NCBI GenBank assembly: GCA_002811645.1
Contig: PDIP01000031.1
Location: 62,001 to 126,000, forward strand
Length of the DNA: 64,000 bases
Source of the DNA: Corallochytrium limacisporum Hawaii
Lineage: Eukaryota > Protista > Pluriformea
Direction of reading: 5' to 3'
The translations under genes were made by a program, and so were the position numbers. The notes below the pieces were generated by a model. The model ran no database searches, was not told where the DNA came from, and saw nothing but the letters and a program-made list of their open reading frames with translations. Position 1 is the first letter of the stretch. Every line of letters starts with the position of its first letter. Shown in pieces: positions 29,018 to 38,995 of this stretch.

Positions 29018-29600
29018 GCTTGCATCTATTAGTGTACACAATTACTCATTTATCCTATACTACATAAGGCAATGGAATTTCTGTGCGCTAGGGCCCTGCA
29101 GGGTTCTACGTACCTTGAACAGATCATTGCAAATGCAGCAGAATAATATAAACTATGGCAGTCGCACTCGCCTCGTACTTCGGGAGGCTCATGTGCTTAG
29201 ATGGGGTACGCACCTACCCATCCACTCATCATCCGCCAATGGCTGGTCCCATCGGAACAACTACACGCCTCAACCCCCGTGTCTTCAACTCCGTGACGAA
29301 GCCACACCTCTCTCTGTTCTCCATCCAGTGATTTCAGTTGTTTTTGCATGTAAAGCGGTGAGGTCGACGGTGCATATTGGCTCTGGTGCAGACGAGGGTA
29401 TTTCTTGTTCGTTTGTAGAAGGGGGTGCCTGCGGTTCGTTCCGCCTCACAAGGAAAACTCCATGCGACAATGGCCCCAGTTCGGGGTAGCCAGTTTCGAA
29501 CATATTCAACGCATCAGTATATACAATTTTAAATATTAAACTCGTATATGGGGTGGTATTAAACAAATCGGTATATAAATAAGTTCGTTGATGAAGATCA

Positions 29601-29638
29601 GAGTTCGTTTCCTTCCTGAGAGTTCGTTTCCTTCCTGA
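29601..29638. repeat. Perfect 19-bp tandem duplication (GAGTTCGTTTCCTTCCTGA x2)
   Basis: Read directly; in the spacer upstream of PRO2, next to a C-run. Confidence 0.92.
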
Positions 29639-29803
29639 ACCCCCCCCAGGGTGCCTTTGCGCGGTAGGGCCGCCCGTACGGGAAGCGTTGGGGCTACTTG
29701 GCATACAGGTCGCTTCTGTGGTCGGTGTGTGCCATAGGAATATCTTGATTCCTTAACGCTGGTAATGGTTGGATTTTGCGTCTGCTGATTTGGTGACGTT
29801 TAT

Positions 29804-32155
29804 TCAATGCGGGTGAAAACAGTTAGCACAGCGGTTCTTGAAAGGGTCCTTGTTGTAGTCCTCGCAACCGCAGTCTCTACAGGGGGGTGTAGCAGGTTGC
29901 TGATGTTGCGTGTGGTCCTCAGCATGGTGACGCGGTGGTCGACTGTGTGTATTGCGATGCGGACGAGGTGCAACATCGTTCGGAGTGATACCTGGCATCA
30001 CCTGGACTCCAATTTTGTTTGAGCCCATGCGATTGAGGGTTGAATTCCCGTCGTAGGACTGGGATAAGGGTACCCCTCCATTGTCGTAGCTCTGTTCGTA
30101 TCCTGGTTGTTGTTGCTGCTGATAATAGCCCTGATCATAGCTCTGTTGCTGATAGCCTTGGTCGTTTCCTTGTTGTTGTGGCTGCTGTGAGTACTGATCC
30201 TGTTGGTAATATTCCGTGGGGGTGGTGCGCTGCGGACTCCGTGCCAGGGGTCGAGGGGCCACAGGTGGCGGTGCAGCAGCTTTGGTGCGTTTCGGTACGG
30301 CATACGGTTGCTGGACTGCCGACGGACTGTCGAGCGAACTTCGAGGACTGTACGCATCAATGGGCTGGGTAGGATCCATGGGCGCTGGTACGGTTGTGGG
30401 GACCTTTGGCGGCACAGGTGGTCCCGCACGACTGTCTGTGCGCCGGTGGCCAGGTGCTTTGGGGGCTGGCGGCGGTGGCGCCTTCACTTTCTTTACGCTT
30501 CCCGGTCTACTTCCGCCGGGTTCTGCGCTTGCTTGACGTGAATGGCCCCTTGAGCACGAAGTCGTCGACATCTGTCCCACATATGTGTCTGACTCGCTCG
30601 TACTCCGCATCTGCCGCGCCTGTGACTGTGTGGGTGGGAAGCTGTGTGTGCTGGCATGACTGTCTGCACGGCTATGACCTGAGCCAACTCTTGGGAGCAT
30701 ACCTGCGTTTGGATCAGGAAGTTGCTGGTCATTCTGCTTTGGTACAATGGATGTCTTCAGATCAGGCGATGGGACCCTGTGCGCCACTGCACCCTCATGG
30801 CTATAAATGTCTGTCATCACATTCTCAGGGAAGAACCAGTCAGCATAGGTCACTAGTGTGGTCATGATCTTGTTGCACGTACCAGAGTCACGAAGAGCCC
30901 GCTGATCGTCCGGAGAACGCAGTAAGGTTGGCCCAAAAACAATACCCATGTTACTCGCTTGCATCTTGTTTTGCTCAGAGTGGGCCACCACTCTCTGGAG
31001 GAAAGTGCACATGACGGCCAGAGTATCCCTGTGTTCTAAGGGCATGCCATCCACACATTGGCTCAGTGCGACAAGCTGCTGATCATGGTCTTCCACCTTA
31101 CCTGCCTGAATGAACTGCTCATAGCTAGAGAAAGGAACGCAAGGATCGGGTAGTTCTCTGAAGTACAGCTTCAGGGCACCAGCAATGGCGTGAATGTCAC
31201 CACTGAATTCTTCGCTTTGTAGGTTGGGCGGCGTTGCACCCTCACGGTCAAACAAAGCCTTAATCTTCTTGATTGCTGTGGCACTTCCTGACAACCTAAA
31301 GATGCCTTCCTCTTGCAGGGCGTTGGCCTCAATAGCACCTGTGCAGTGTTCTACAATTACTGGATAGCGTCGACCGGAGGCTGCCAAGTGTTGCTTCAAC
31401 GGTTGTCCGAAGACCCTGGCCCTACTCAAATCCTTGTTTGCCTGCTTAAGAGAATTGATGTTAACTTCCAGTAGTTGACTACACTTCCTGTGGTAATCTA
31501 GTTGGGCTTCCAGGAGGTGGTAGAACTTTGCAACGTGCTCATCTTGATTGGTCAAGAACTCGAATAGTTTAGTTTGTAGGTCGTCCTTGATTGCCTCAAA
31601 CTTGTATTTCTCGTCCTCAAAGACTGCCAGTGCCTGGTCTTGTTTGACATTGTCTGTCTGTGTTGCCCAGCGCTGTTTTGCTGCATCGGCCGTCAAGCGC
31701 TGATTTCCGAGTTTCTTACGCAAGGAAATTATATGCTTCAATTGATCATCAATAATGTGATGCATTGGGTCAATAAAGCCAGAGTGAATGTCATCAGACA
31801 GATGAGCCTGCTCCTCTGCCAACCCACTCTCCATAGTTCTCACTGATTTCACCGTATTTCCAAGTAATGCTCGTTCACCGCCAAGTCCACTCACTGCATC
31901 ATCCAACGGACCCAACATCTTGTGGGCAGGAAGCTTCTTCACTGCCCTCGCCAAGCCATTCTCCTCATCCTTAATACGCACAGGAGCCAAGACATCACCT
32001 GTCTTGGATGCAATAGCCTTGTAATACTTCGCTGTTGACTGTACAAGATTGAACAGTTCCTCAGTGTCCTGGTCGAGTTCTTCTGTCTTTTCAAATGCCG
32101 TCTTACCGGTCTTCTCCAGATACCTCTGCTGGAGATTCCCAAGAAACTTCGACAT
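29804..32155 (-). CDS. BAR-domain RhoGAP (ARHGAP17/ARHGAP44/SH3BP1, RICH/Nadrin-type) with Pro-rich and Q/Y-rich tail
   Basis: N-BAR (LRKKLGNQRLTADAAK, LLEAQLDYHRK). RhoGAP (VFGQPL, EEGIFRLSGS arginine finger, AGALKLYFRELPDP, NKMQASNMGIVFGPTLL). PxxP motifs in the tail. Confidence 0.92.
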   Translation of the reverse strand: MSKFLGNLQQRYLEKTGKTAFEKTEELDQDTEELFNLVQSTAKYYKAIASKTGDVLAPVRIKDEENGLARAVKKLPAHKMLGPLDDAVSGLGGERALLGNTVKSVRTMESGLAEEQAHLSDDIHSGFIDPMHHIIDDQLKHIISLRKKLGNQRLTADAAKQRWATQTDNVKQDQALAVFEDEKYKFEAIKDDLQTKLFEFLTNQDEHVAKFYHLLEAQLDYHRKCSQLLEVNINSLKQANKDLSRARVFGQPLKQHLAASGRRYPVIVEHCTGAIEANALQEEGIFRLSGSATAIKKIKALFDREGATPPNLQSEEFSGDIHAIAGALKLYFRELPDPCVPFSSYEQFIQAGKVEDHDQQLVALSQCVDGMPLEHRDTLAVMCTFLQRVVAHSEQNKMQASNMGIVFGPTLLRSPDDQRALRDSGTCNKIMTTLVTYADWFFPENVMTDIYSHEGAVAHRVPSPDLKTSIVPKQNDQQLPDPNAGMLPRVGSGHSRADSHASTHSFPPTQSQARQMRSTSESDTYVGQMSTTSCSRGHSRQASAEPGGSRPGSVKKVKAPPPPAPKAPGHRRTDSRAGPPVPPKVPTTVPAPMDPTQPIDAYSPRSSLDSPSAVQQPYAVPKRTKAAAPPPVAPRPLARSPQRTTPTEYYQQDQYSQQPQQQGNDQGYQQQSYDQGYYQQQQQPGYEQSYDNGGVPLSQSYDGNSTLNRMGSNKIGVQVMPGITPNDVAPRPHRNTHSRPPRHHAEDHTQHQQPATPPCRDCGCEDYNKDPFKNRCANCFHPH

Positions 32156-33440
32156 AGTTTCAGTGGTGTCAAATACCTTCCTTCTATTTTTGATATAGAA
32201 TTCTTACATCATGCTGTATTATCGTGACATGATTGCCAAGGATTCAATCCCACCCTCAAAAAATTCCTCTCTGTGTATCATTCAGACCCGTACCCAGTCA
32301 AGCTCTGCTCCGATGCGCACTCTCTCTCTCTCTCTCGTACCAGTACAAGACCACTGGCATTCATTTACCAGTCCATATCCTGAAGACACAGCTCTCAGCA
32401 TGACACGCCCAACCTCACACGTCTCCTGACAACACAAAAGTTTATTTATTTGGTCACCGTGACCATACCAGCGACGGGGAGGTAACTCAGGGAAAGTGTA
32501 AACAGAGCGCGCGGGATCCCTCTCAGACTTTTTTCCAATTTCTACGAAAAGCCACCGCGACGACCCGCCTTCAGTGTCCCCACAGCGTCACTACCGAAAA
32601 CAAGCGAAATAAATTGGGTTACCCCTGCCACCAACAATGGAAACGAGACCAAGTAACAAGGGGGGGGGGTCGGGGAAGGGACGAAGGGCAAAATTGGGAG
32701 CGGAAAGAAACCGCGGGACCGACCTTTAGAATCTAGGCTACGAGAGCGTTGATTGGTTTCTTTCTTTGTCTGCGAGGAACGAAGTTGATAATATTACAAT
32801 GACTGGGAGAAGCTGTAGAGACACATCAATTAAAGAGACGGAGCGAGGGAATGGGAAACTAGGGGAACAGAAAACGGAAGAAGACTTGACCCAGGGCAAC
32901 AGCGGAAGAGGGAAACTGGGGCCTGGACCGGGGTGGAGCAGTTCCTGAGCAAGTGATGAATTCATTTTGGGTTCTCATTTATTTTTAGGTGCTGCGCACT
33001 ATGACTATGCGTGACGCGATCCATACCAAAAGTACCACAACCGACCCGCCCCGCTACATTTTCTACTGGCCCCCCTCCCCGGGCCTGCGGTGCGGTGGTG
33101 GGTGATTTCCCACCGACCGTCTCCGCGCCAAGAGTTTCAGAAATTGTCGGCAGAGATTCCAGAGCTTCCTCTTGTGCGCGGGCGGGGCTGGCTGGTGGTG
33201 CTGGCGGTCTCGCCATCGCGGTGCTCGGCGGTCGTCCGGGTCACACACTGATGGCACCTGATGACTTGTTTTGCGTTCAAGTCTGTGTCCGATGTAATTG
33301 ATCAGGATTTGATATTTGAGGACAGGCTTAGACTCACTGAATTTTGGGCAACGTCATACCTAGAACAGTGCAGATGTTTTCAGAGAAATGATATACATAT
33401 AATGTAGTAAACTATGTCATGACCCAAGTCGTATTCATAA

Positions 33441-36242
33441 ATGTTTCGACTTTTCGTGACACGAACCCGGCCGCTGGCCCATCGTTCCGTGGTATGGACT
33501 GCCAGCCGGAACCTACTTGTGCCAGCTTCTGGAGGGGCACAGCTGCCCGTCCGACGGGGAGTAAACTCTCTGCGTCCGACCGGGTTCCAGCAGCGAAATC
33601 TTGCAAGTGCGGCAGGTAAGGCCGCAGGAAGGGCTGGTGCTGTTGTCGTCGGCAGTACAGCTGTAGGAATGGGTGCTCTTGATATGCTTAAGCAGAAAGT
33701 TGATGAATATAATGACTATCTGGGGGGATTTGGTGATGCTATTTCAGCCGGGCTGGGCCGGCTACAGCAGATGGTTCCTGACAGGAAGGAGACCTCGAGC
33801 GGATCACCAGTACCACCAGAGGTCCCTTCACCTAGCACACCTGTTCATGCACACTCCAGTCTTGCAGACGATTCAAACGATAATGACAAGCCGGCTAAGG
33901 AGAAGACGTATAGTGAGCAGGAAATGCACGACATTGTAGAGCGGATTGAACGAGACAGTGTTACGCTGCAACAGGAATTGCAAAAGGAAATCGACCGTCT
34001 CAAAGACGAGTTGGAGAACCTGCGTGTTGCGTACTTGACGATCAAAGCGAGAATGAAAGGAAAGAACACGGATGGTGTGCAGTACCGCTACGCACCGACA
34101 TTGGTTGAATTGTATTCCGACGTTTTGGAGACTTTGGAACAAGTTAAGGGCGACTTCAAGGCCCACGATAATCTGCCCCGCATTGTGGTAGTTGGTGACC
34201 AGAGTGCTGGCAAGACCAGTGTACTGGAAAACATTCTGGGATGTCGCATTCTGCCCCGCGGGGCCGGTGAGATGGCCACCCGAACACCAGTGCAGGTGAC
34301 CTTGAGTGAAGGTCCGTATCGCACTGCACAATTCCGAGAGCAAGGGAATGATCGCATCTACGACCTACGTGACGTCAGCGACATCCGAAGCCTCCGTTTG
34401 GAGATAGACCGGCGAATGAAAGATGCAGTTGAAAAATTGAGTCGTACCGGAGAAAGGCAAACGGTCTCTGCTTCCTCCATCAATCTTTCTCTGAGAGGCC
34501 CCGGCCTTCCTCGGATGGTATTGGTCGACCTGCCAGGTGTGATCGGCCACGCAACTCATGGGATGGCAAAGTCGACGAAGGAGGATATCACATCAATGTG
34601 TTTGGATTACATTAGGAATCCTTACAGTATCATTGTATGTATTGTCGACGGTAGTGTGGATGCGGAGCGCTCAAACATTGCCGACTTAGTGACAGAGGCG
34701 GATCCAGACGGTAAGCGGACAATTGCGGTAGTGACCAAGATCGACGTAGCTGAAATGAATGGCATTTCGGAGCAGCGCCTCGAGAAACTGGTCACAGGAA
34801 AATTGTTCAATATGAATGCCCTCATGTATTTCGCGGTCATTGCAGGATCTGGGCGATCCGATGACAGTATTGATGACATTAAGGAGTACGAAAACAGCTT
34901 CTTCCGCAACTCTCGGCTAGTCAGCTCTGGTACGTTGAAGAGCCATCAGATCGGAACTGCAAACATGAGCAGAGCAGTCAGCAAAGAGTTCTGGCGCAAA
35001 GTGCGGGCCAGTGTTGAGGACCAGCTGAAGAGCATCCACGAAGATCTCAGAGCAAAAGAAGTGGAGTGGAACTCTAAGTACAAGGGCCGCATGATTACTG
35101 GATCGGATGCCTTCCATGTAGCACGCCATGAAATTATGACCAATTCAGCTCTGTTTTCAGAGATCACATCCGGCACTTGGGAAGAGATCTTCGCCAAGAA
35201 GCTGTGGTCCAAAGTTGGGCCATCGTTTACGGAGGGTACATATGTTGATGCTCTGACAACTCCTGGAGATGCTGCCGAAGCAAAAGCTGCGTTGGATGTG
35301 CGCGTGTCGGATCTCTTGCGCAATAAATTGCCTGAGATGAGCGCCGTAATCGGCTACGAAGGATTCCTGGAGACATTTCAGAAGCAAATGCGCCATCGTG
35401 TTCTCGAAGACCGCAATATCAACACGGAGGAGTGGGCCAAAATGGTTGAGCCGCTCACTGACTTATTGCTTCAGCGATGTGGGCAGGGACGGCCATGGAC
35501 TTCAAATGAATTCACAAATCGATTGAGCGTGATCCAGTCCCATGCTCTGGAAGATGCTCATATTGAGGACCAACGTAGCTGGCAGGAAGCCTGCCTCGTC
35601 ATGGAGTCTGAGATGAGGAAGCTGCTCAATGACGTTGTTGACGCCAAGGACTATGCCCTATTTGGTCCGAGGTACTGGGAGCGCTGGTATTCGTGGAAGA
35701 GTAAGAGTTTGGAGAATAATCGTCATCTGTTAATTAAGAATGAACTCTTAAACATGATGGGTGCGGAAACTTCAAAAACGTTTGTGCTGCGTCTCGGTGA
35801 CGAGGAGAAGAAAGTGCTGCGAGGCCGTCTTGAATCTGGAGGTCTCTTTGACGCCACGGACAAGGAAATTGAAGATGTGCATCGGCACTTGGTCGTCAAG
35901 CGCTTTGCCACTCTCGGGATCACTACCGCAACTGAGTGTCGAGCTCACTATGGGAAGAGTAATCCAAAGGTCAGTAATGGCATGGGATGCCATGAAGTTC
36001 AAACCTTTTGGCAACTTCACAACGTTGTAAAGCTCAGTGCCAAGTCACTGCGCCAGCAAGCCATTGCTCGGAAGGGTGCGCTGGAACAGGAGGTACGGGA
36101 CTTTATCAACCAAATGGGCCAGGACCAAGATAAGATTCGAGAGATTATGCGCAATCCTCGTATTGACCTCGCGGAACAGATCGAACTGCGGCGGATTCTC
36201 ATCCGCCAGCTCGAGAGCTTCATTGAGGCACTCGAGAAGTAA
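33441..36242 (+). CDS. OPA1: Mitochondrial dynamin-like GTPase, OPA1 type
   Basis: Presequence, hydrophobic segment and coiled coil. LPRIVVVGDQSAGKTSVLE, GEMATRTPVQVTLSEGP, GPGLPRMVLVDLPGVI, DGSVDAERS, TKID. Confidence 0.93.
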   Translation: MFRLFVTRTRPLAHRSVVWTASRNLLVPASGGAQLPVRRGVNSLRPTGFQQRNLASAAGKAAGRAGAVVVGSTAVGMGALDMLKQKVDEYNDYLGGFGDAISAGLGRLQQMVPDRKETSSGSPVPPEVPSPSTPVHAHSSLADDSNDNDKPAKEKTYSEQEMHDIVERIERDSVTLQQELQKEIDRLKDELENLRVAYLTIKARMKGKNTDGVQYRYAPTLVELYSDVLETLEQVKGDFKAHDNLPRIVVVGDQSAGKTSVLENILGCRILPRGAGEMATRTPVQVTLSEGPYRTAQFREQGNDRIYDLRDVSDIRSLRLEIDRRMKDAVEKLSRTGERQTVSASSINLSLRGPGLPRMVLVDLPGVIGHATHGMAKSTKEDITSMCLDYIRNPYSIIVCIVDGSVDAERSNIADLVTEADPDGKRTIAVVTKIDVAEMNGISEQRLEKLVTGKLFNMNALMYFAVIAGSGRSDDSIDDIKEYENSFFRNSRLVSSGTLKSHQIGTANMSRAVSKEFWRKVRASVEDQLKSIHEDLRAKEVEWNSKYKGRMITGSDAFHVARHEIMTNSALFSEITSGTWEEIFAKKLWSKVGPSFTEGTYVDALTTPGDAAEAKAALDVRVSDLLRNKLPEMSAVIGYEGFLETFQKQMRHRVLEDRNINTEEWAKMVEPLTDLLLQRCGQGRPWTSNEFTNRLSVIQSHALEDAHIEDQRSWQEACLVMESEMRKLLNDVVDAKDYALFGPRYWERWYSWKSKSLENNRHLLIKNELLNMMGAETSKTFVLRLGDEEKKVLRGRLESGGLFDATDKEIEDVHRHLVVKRFATLGITTATECRAHYGKSNPKVSNGMGCHEVQTFWQLHNVVKLSAKSLRQQAIARKGALEQEVRDFINQMGQDQDKIREIMRNPRIDLAEQIELRRILIRQLESFIEALEK

Positions 36243-36307
36243 TCGTACTATGCGCATGTACACTAGTCTAAATCGTTTTAATGTAACTTTAGTAATGCTG
36301 CACCTGC

Positions 36308-37057
36308 CTAGGCAGGAGATGCAAGAATGACAACAATGGGATAGCCATGGAAGGGGTGCTCAGGCTTCTCAACCATCTCCATCTTGAGACCCGTGTTGAG
36401 TTCAATCTTCGAAAATCCCAGTTTCTCCAATGCTTCCTGCAACTTGGTCGGGTTGAAGCCATCGGTGAAAATGCCAAACTTATCCTTGTCAGCCTCTGAC
36501 AACTTGCTCGCGCCTTCCCCATGGGAGTGCCCATGACCATGGTGGTCGTCGTGGCCATGACCATGGCCATGACTGTGGCCATGACCGTCACCCTCCTTCT
36601 CTCCGAACTCCACTATAACCAGCGTACCGCTGGGTTTGACCAACTGCTTGAATAATTCCAACTTGGCCATCGGATCAGGCAGATGGTGCAAAACCATGCC
36701 AACCAGCAGCCAGTCATACTGGTCCGGGAACCCAATCTCAGGCAATTGCTTCTGTTCATTAAGCTCCAATTGTTTTACCGTGACGTTCTTGATACCCTTC
36801 TCCTCAATCTTTACCTTGGCCTTCTCCAGCATGTTCTTGCTGATGTCAACACCATAGATATGACCCAACTGCTCTGATAACTTCAAGCACAGGTTGCCTG
36901 TTCCGCACCCAAACTCTAAGAGAGTCTGATCCTTGGTAGCGCCCCTGTTGGTGATCAAATCAGCTACGTCCTGATTCAGTTTCAGGTGCGCTGCTTCCTC
37001 ATCGTATTCATCGGCAAAATCATCAAAGTTGCCATCTCTTTTCGGTTCCTCAGACAT
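36308..37057 (-). CDS. Class I SAM-dependent methyltransferase with His/Gly-rich insert
   Basis: LLEFGCGTG, GVDISKNML, MVLHHLPDP, VKPSGTLVIVEF, followed by GHGHSHGHGHGHDDHHGHGHSHG. Start set at ATG 37057. Confidence 0.9.
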   Translation of the reverse strand: MSEEPKRDGNFDDFADEYDEEAAHLKLNQDVADLITNRGATKDQTLLEFGCGTGNLCLKLSEQLGHIYGVDISKNMLEKAKVKIEEKGIKNVTVKQLELNEQKQLPEIGFPDQYDWLLVGMVLHHLPDPMAKLELFKQLVKPSGTLVIVEFGEKEGDGHGHSHGHGHGHDDHHGHGHSHGEGASKLSEADKDKFGIFTDGFNPTKLQEALEKLGFSKIELNTGLKMEMVEKPEHPFHGYPIVVILASPA

Positions 37058-37543
37058 GGTTGCGTACAAACAAAATGACCGCCATATACTCTACTCTGAT
37101 CACTTATCGGTCAGTGTACAGGAGCAAGGTGCCGTTTAAGTACCCGACGTGTATTCCGTACCAACGACAATCATGCATGCGTAAAACGCAGTCCCCCTCG
37201 AATGGACACGCATATTACGTTGGTATGGCTGACGGGTCAGCACCGCAGTGTTCCAATGGCACCCCATACAACAAGGGAATTTCAAAATTCTTCCCCGCCC
37301 CTCATCATCTGATGCGCAGTTTCAAGGGGTCAGACCCCCTCAAAACATGTGTTGCGGAGGTCACGTCAAAGCCGGTTGGGACGGAGTTGGGACAAATTGC
37401 GATTGAGTATATATTTGACAGAACACTTGTGCATGAACCGTTCATCTGTAGTAATAACAAAGCTATGTATTAGCGGCCGCCTGGCCTTCTCGTAAGAACT
37501 GACCTAAGCTCTGGGAACTGCTTCGACTAGCGACTAGGAAGCC

Positions 37544-38278
37544 ATGGGTCTGTTCAAGAAAGGCGATGGCCAGAAGGTCTTCATGGACATTGACGTTGGC
37601 GATGGGTACGTAGAAGCAGAACGAGAGCGTCAGTATGAGCGCGCTAAGGCGTATCTGGAGAAGATACGGGATCAACTTGGATTTCCTGCAAAGAAAGAAG
37701 CTCCGGAGCCCAAAGATCTGGATGAGGAGCAACAGGATTTGCTAGTTCAGCAATATCTGTCGGTGCCATCCAATGTTGAAGCAGGTAAAATACAGTGCTG
37801 GAAACCCAAGGGTCTACGTGCTGGCCGTCTGGTCATCGAGCTATTCACGGATGTACCTAAGGCAACTGAGAACTTTTCAGCCTTGATCACGGGTGAAAAG
37901 GGAATATCCAAAGACTCGGGCAAGCCCATGCACTACAAGGGAATCCGCTTCCACCGACGTCTGACTGGTAAGCTGATCCAAGCAGGTGATTTTGTCTTCC
38001 AGGACGGTCGTGGTGGTGAGAGTATCTACGGCAAAAAGTTCAAGGACGAAAAACCTGGGCTGAAGCGAAAGTTCGACTGCGCGGGACGGGTGGCCTATGC
38101 CAACAGTGGCAAGGATAGCAACACTTCTCAATTCTTCATCACCTTCATTCCAACCCCGAATCTAGATGGTAAGCATGTTATATTTGGCCAGGTCGTCGAA
38201 GGTTTGGATGTGCTTGAGAAGCTAAACCAGACCAGTGCAGAGGACGAGATTGTCATTGCAGACTGTGGACTTCTCTAG
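37544..38278 (+). CDS. Cyclophilin-type peptidyl-prolyl isomerase with N-terminal helical insertion
   Basis: KVFMDIDVG...AGRLVIELF, VPKATENF, HYKGIRFHR, IQAGDF, GGESIYG, ANSGKDSNTSQFFIT, LDGKHVIFGQV. Confidence 0.93.
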   Translation: MGLFKKGDGQKVFMDIDVGDGYVEAERERQYERAKAYLEKIRDQLGFPAKKEAPEPKDLDEEQQDLLVQQYLSVPSNVEAGKIQCWKPKGLRAGRLVIELFTDVPKATENFSALITGEKGISKDSGKPMHYKGIRFHRRLTGKLIQAGDFVFQDGRGGESIYGKKFKDEKPGLKRKFDCAGRVAYANSGKDSNTSQFFITFIPTPNLDGKHVIFGQVVEGLDVLEKLNQTSAEDEIVIADCGLL

Positions 38279-38467
38279 CTAATTTGGTGGAATGTCCATT
38301 ATCACCAAATCCTATTCACATCCCGCTACTATAGATCTCATAAAGCACACTCTGTTAACAGCCTATTTTGGAGCCTTTCATCGGTGTGTATCGCTGCCGT
38401 TTACCACATCCTCATGGAGCACCCCGTCAGCCTTGCTATCCACCTGCGGGTGACGACGACAAAACGG

Positions 38468-38803
38468 GCGCGAAAATAGGCCCCCATGATACCAACGACA
38501 ACAGTTAAATAATGCCTGTGATGGGTGGGATTACTGGGAAAAAAGCCATTGTTTACCCAGGCGGGAGGTTCGTACATTTTCCACCGAAAGCTGTAGTTCA
38601 CATCCGTTGGGTGTCTTGCTCCTGTGGCGATTTCGCGTCTGGGGTTCGGACGGGTAGGGATGAGGTGTAGGGGCGCTGTTGAGAAGAGGCCGTGCTTCAG
38701 TAGTAAGTGTACTAAGACTCGACAATTATTTCGGCGGGAAAAGTTCGTCAAGTGCCCTGAGGCTTCGTTTAACGGAGGAGATTGGCGAACGCTACCTTTT
38801 GAA
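38468..38803. promoter_or_regulatory. Candidate E2F sites (GCGCGAAA 38468-38475, GCGGGAAA 38734-38741) and CHR-like TTTGAA (38798-38803)
   Basis: Matches to the TTTSSCGC and TTTGAA consensus upstream of the giant coiled-coil gene; function is inferred only. Confidence 0.3.
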
Positions 38804-38995
38804 GGTGTTACTGGGGACATCAGGAATGGTATTTGTTGGAGCGGTCTTCCACAGCCACATGATTTCAACAGTTCTTTATTTATCGAATGATATGTTGTAT
38901 CAGTGAAACCCTGAACCGGGGGCACCTTGGTCAGCAAGCAAGTATGTAGACAAGTCAAGGAAAGTCAACAGGTAGTTAGAATAGTCAGTTGCGCC

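Noticed and set aside
29601-29638. Tandem 19-bp repeat as a CRISPR or transposon footprint
   Set aside because: Two adjacent copies with no spacer, TIR or transposase; a simple local duplication.
32451-32465. TGGTCAC-C-GTGACCA palindrome matching an oestrogen-response-element consensus
   Set aside because: 7-bp-arm palindromes are expected several times in 64 kb, and nuclear receptors are not expected outside animals.
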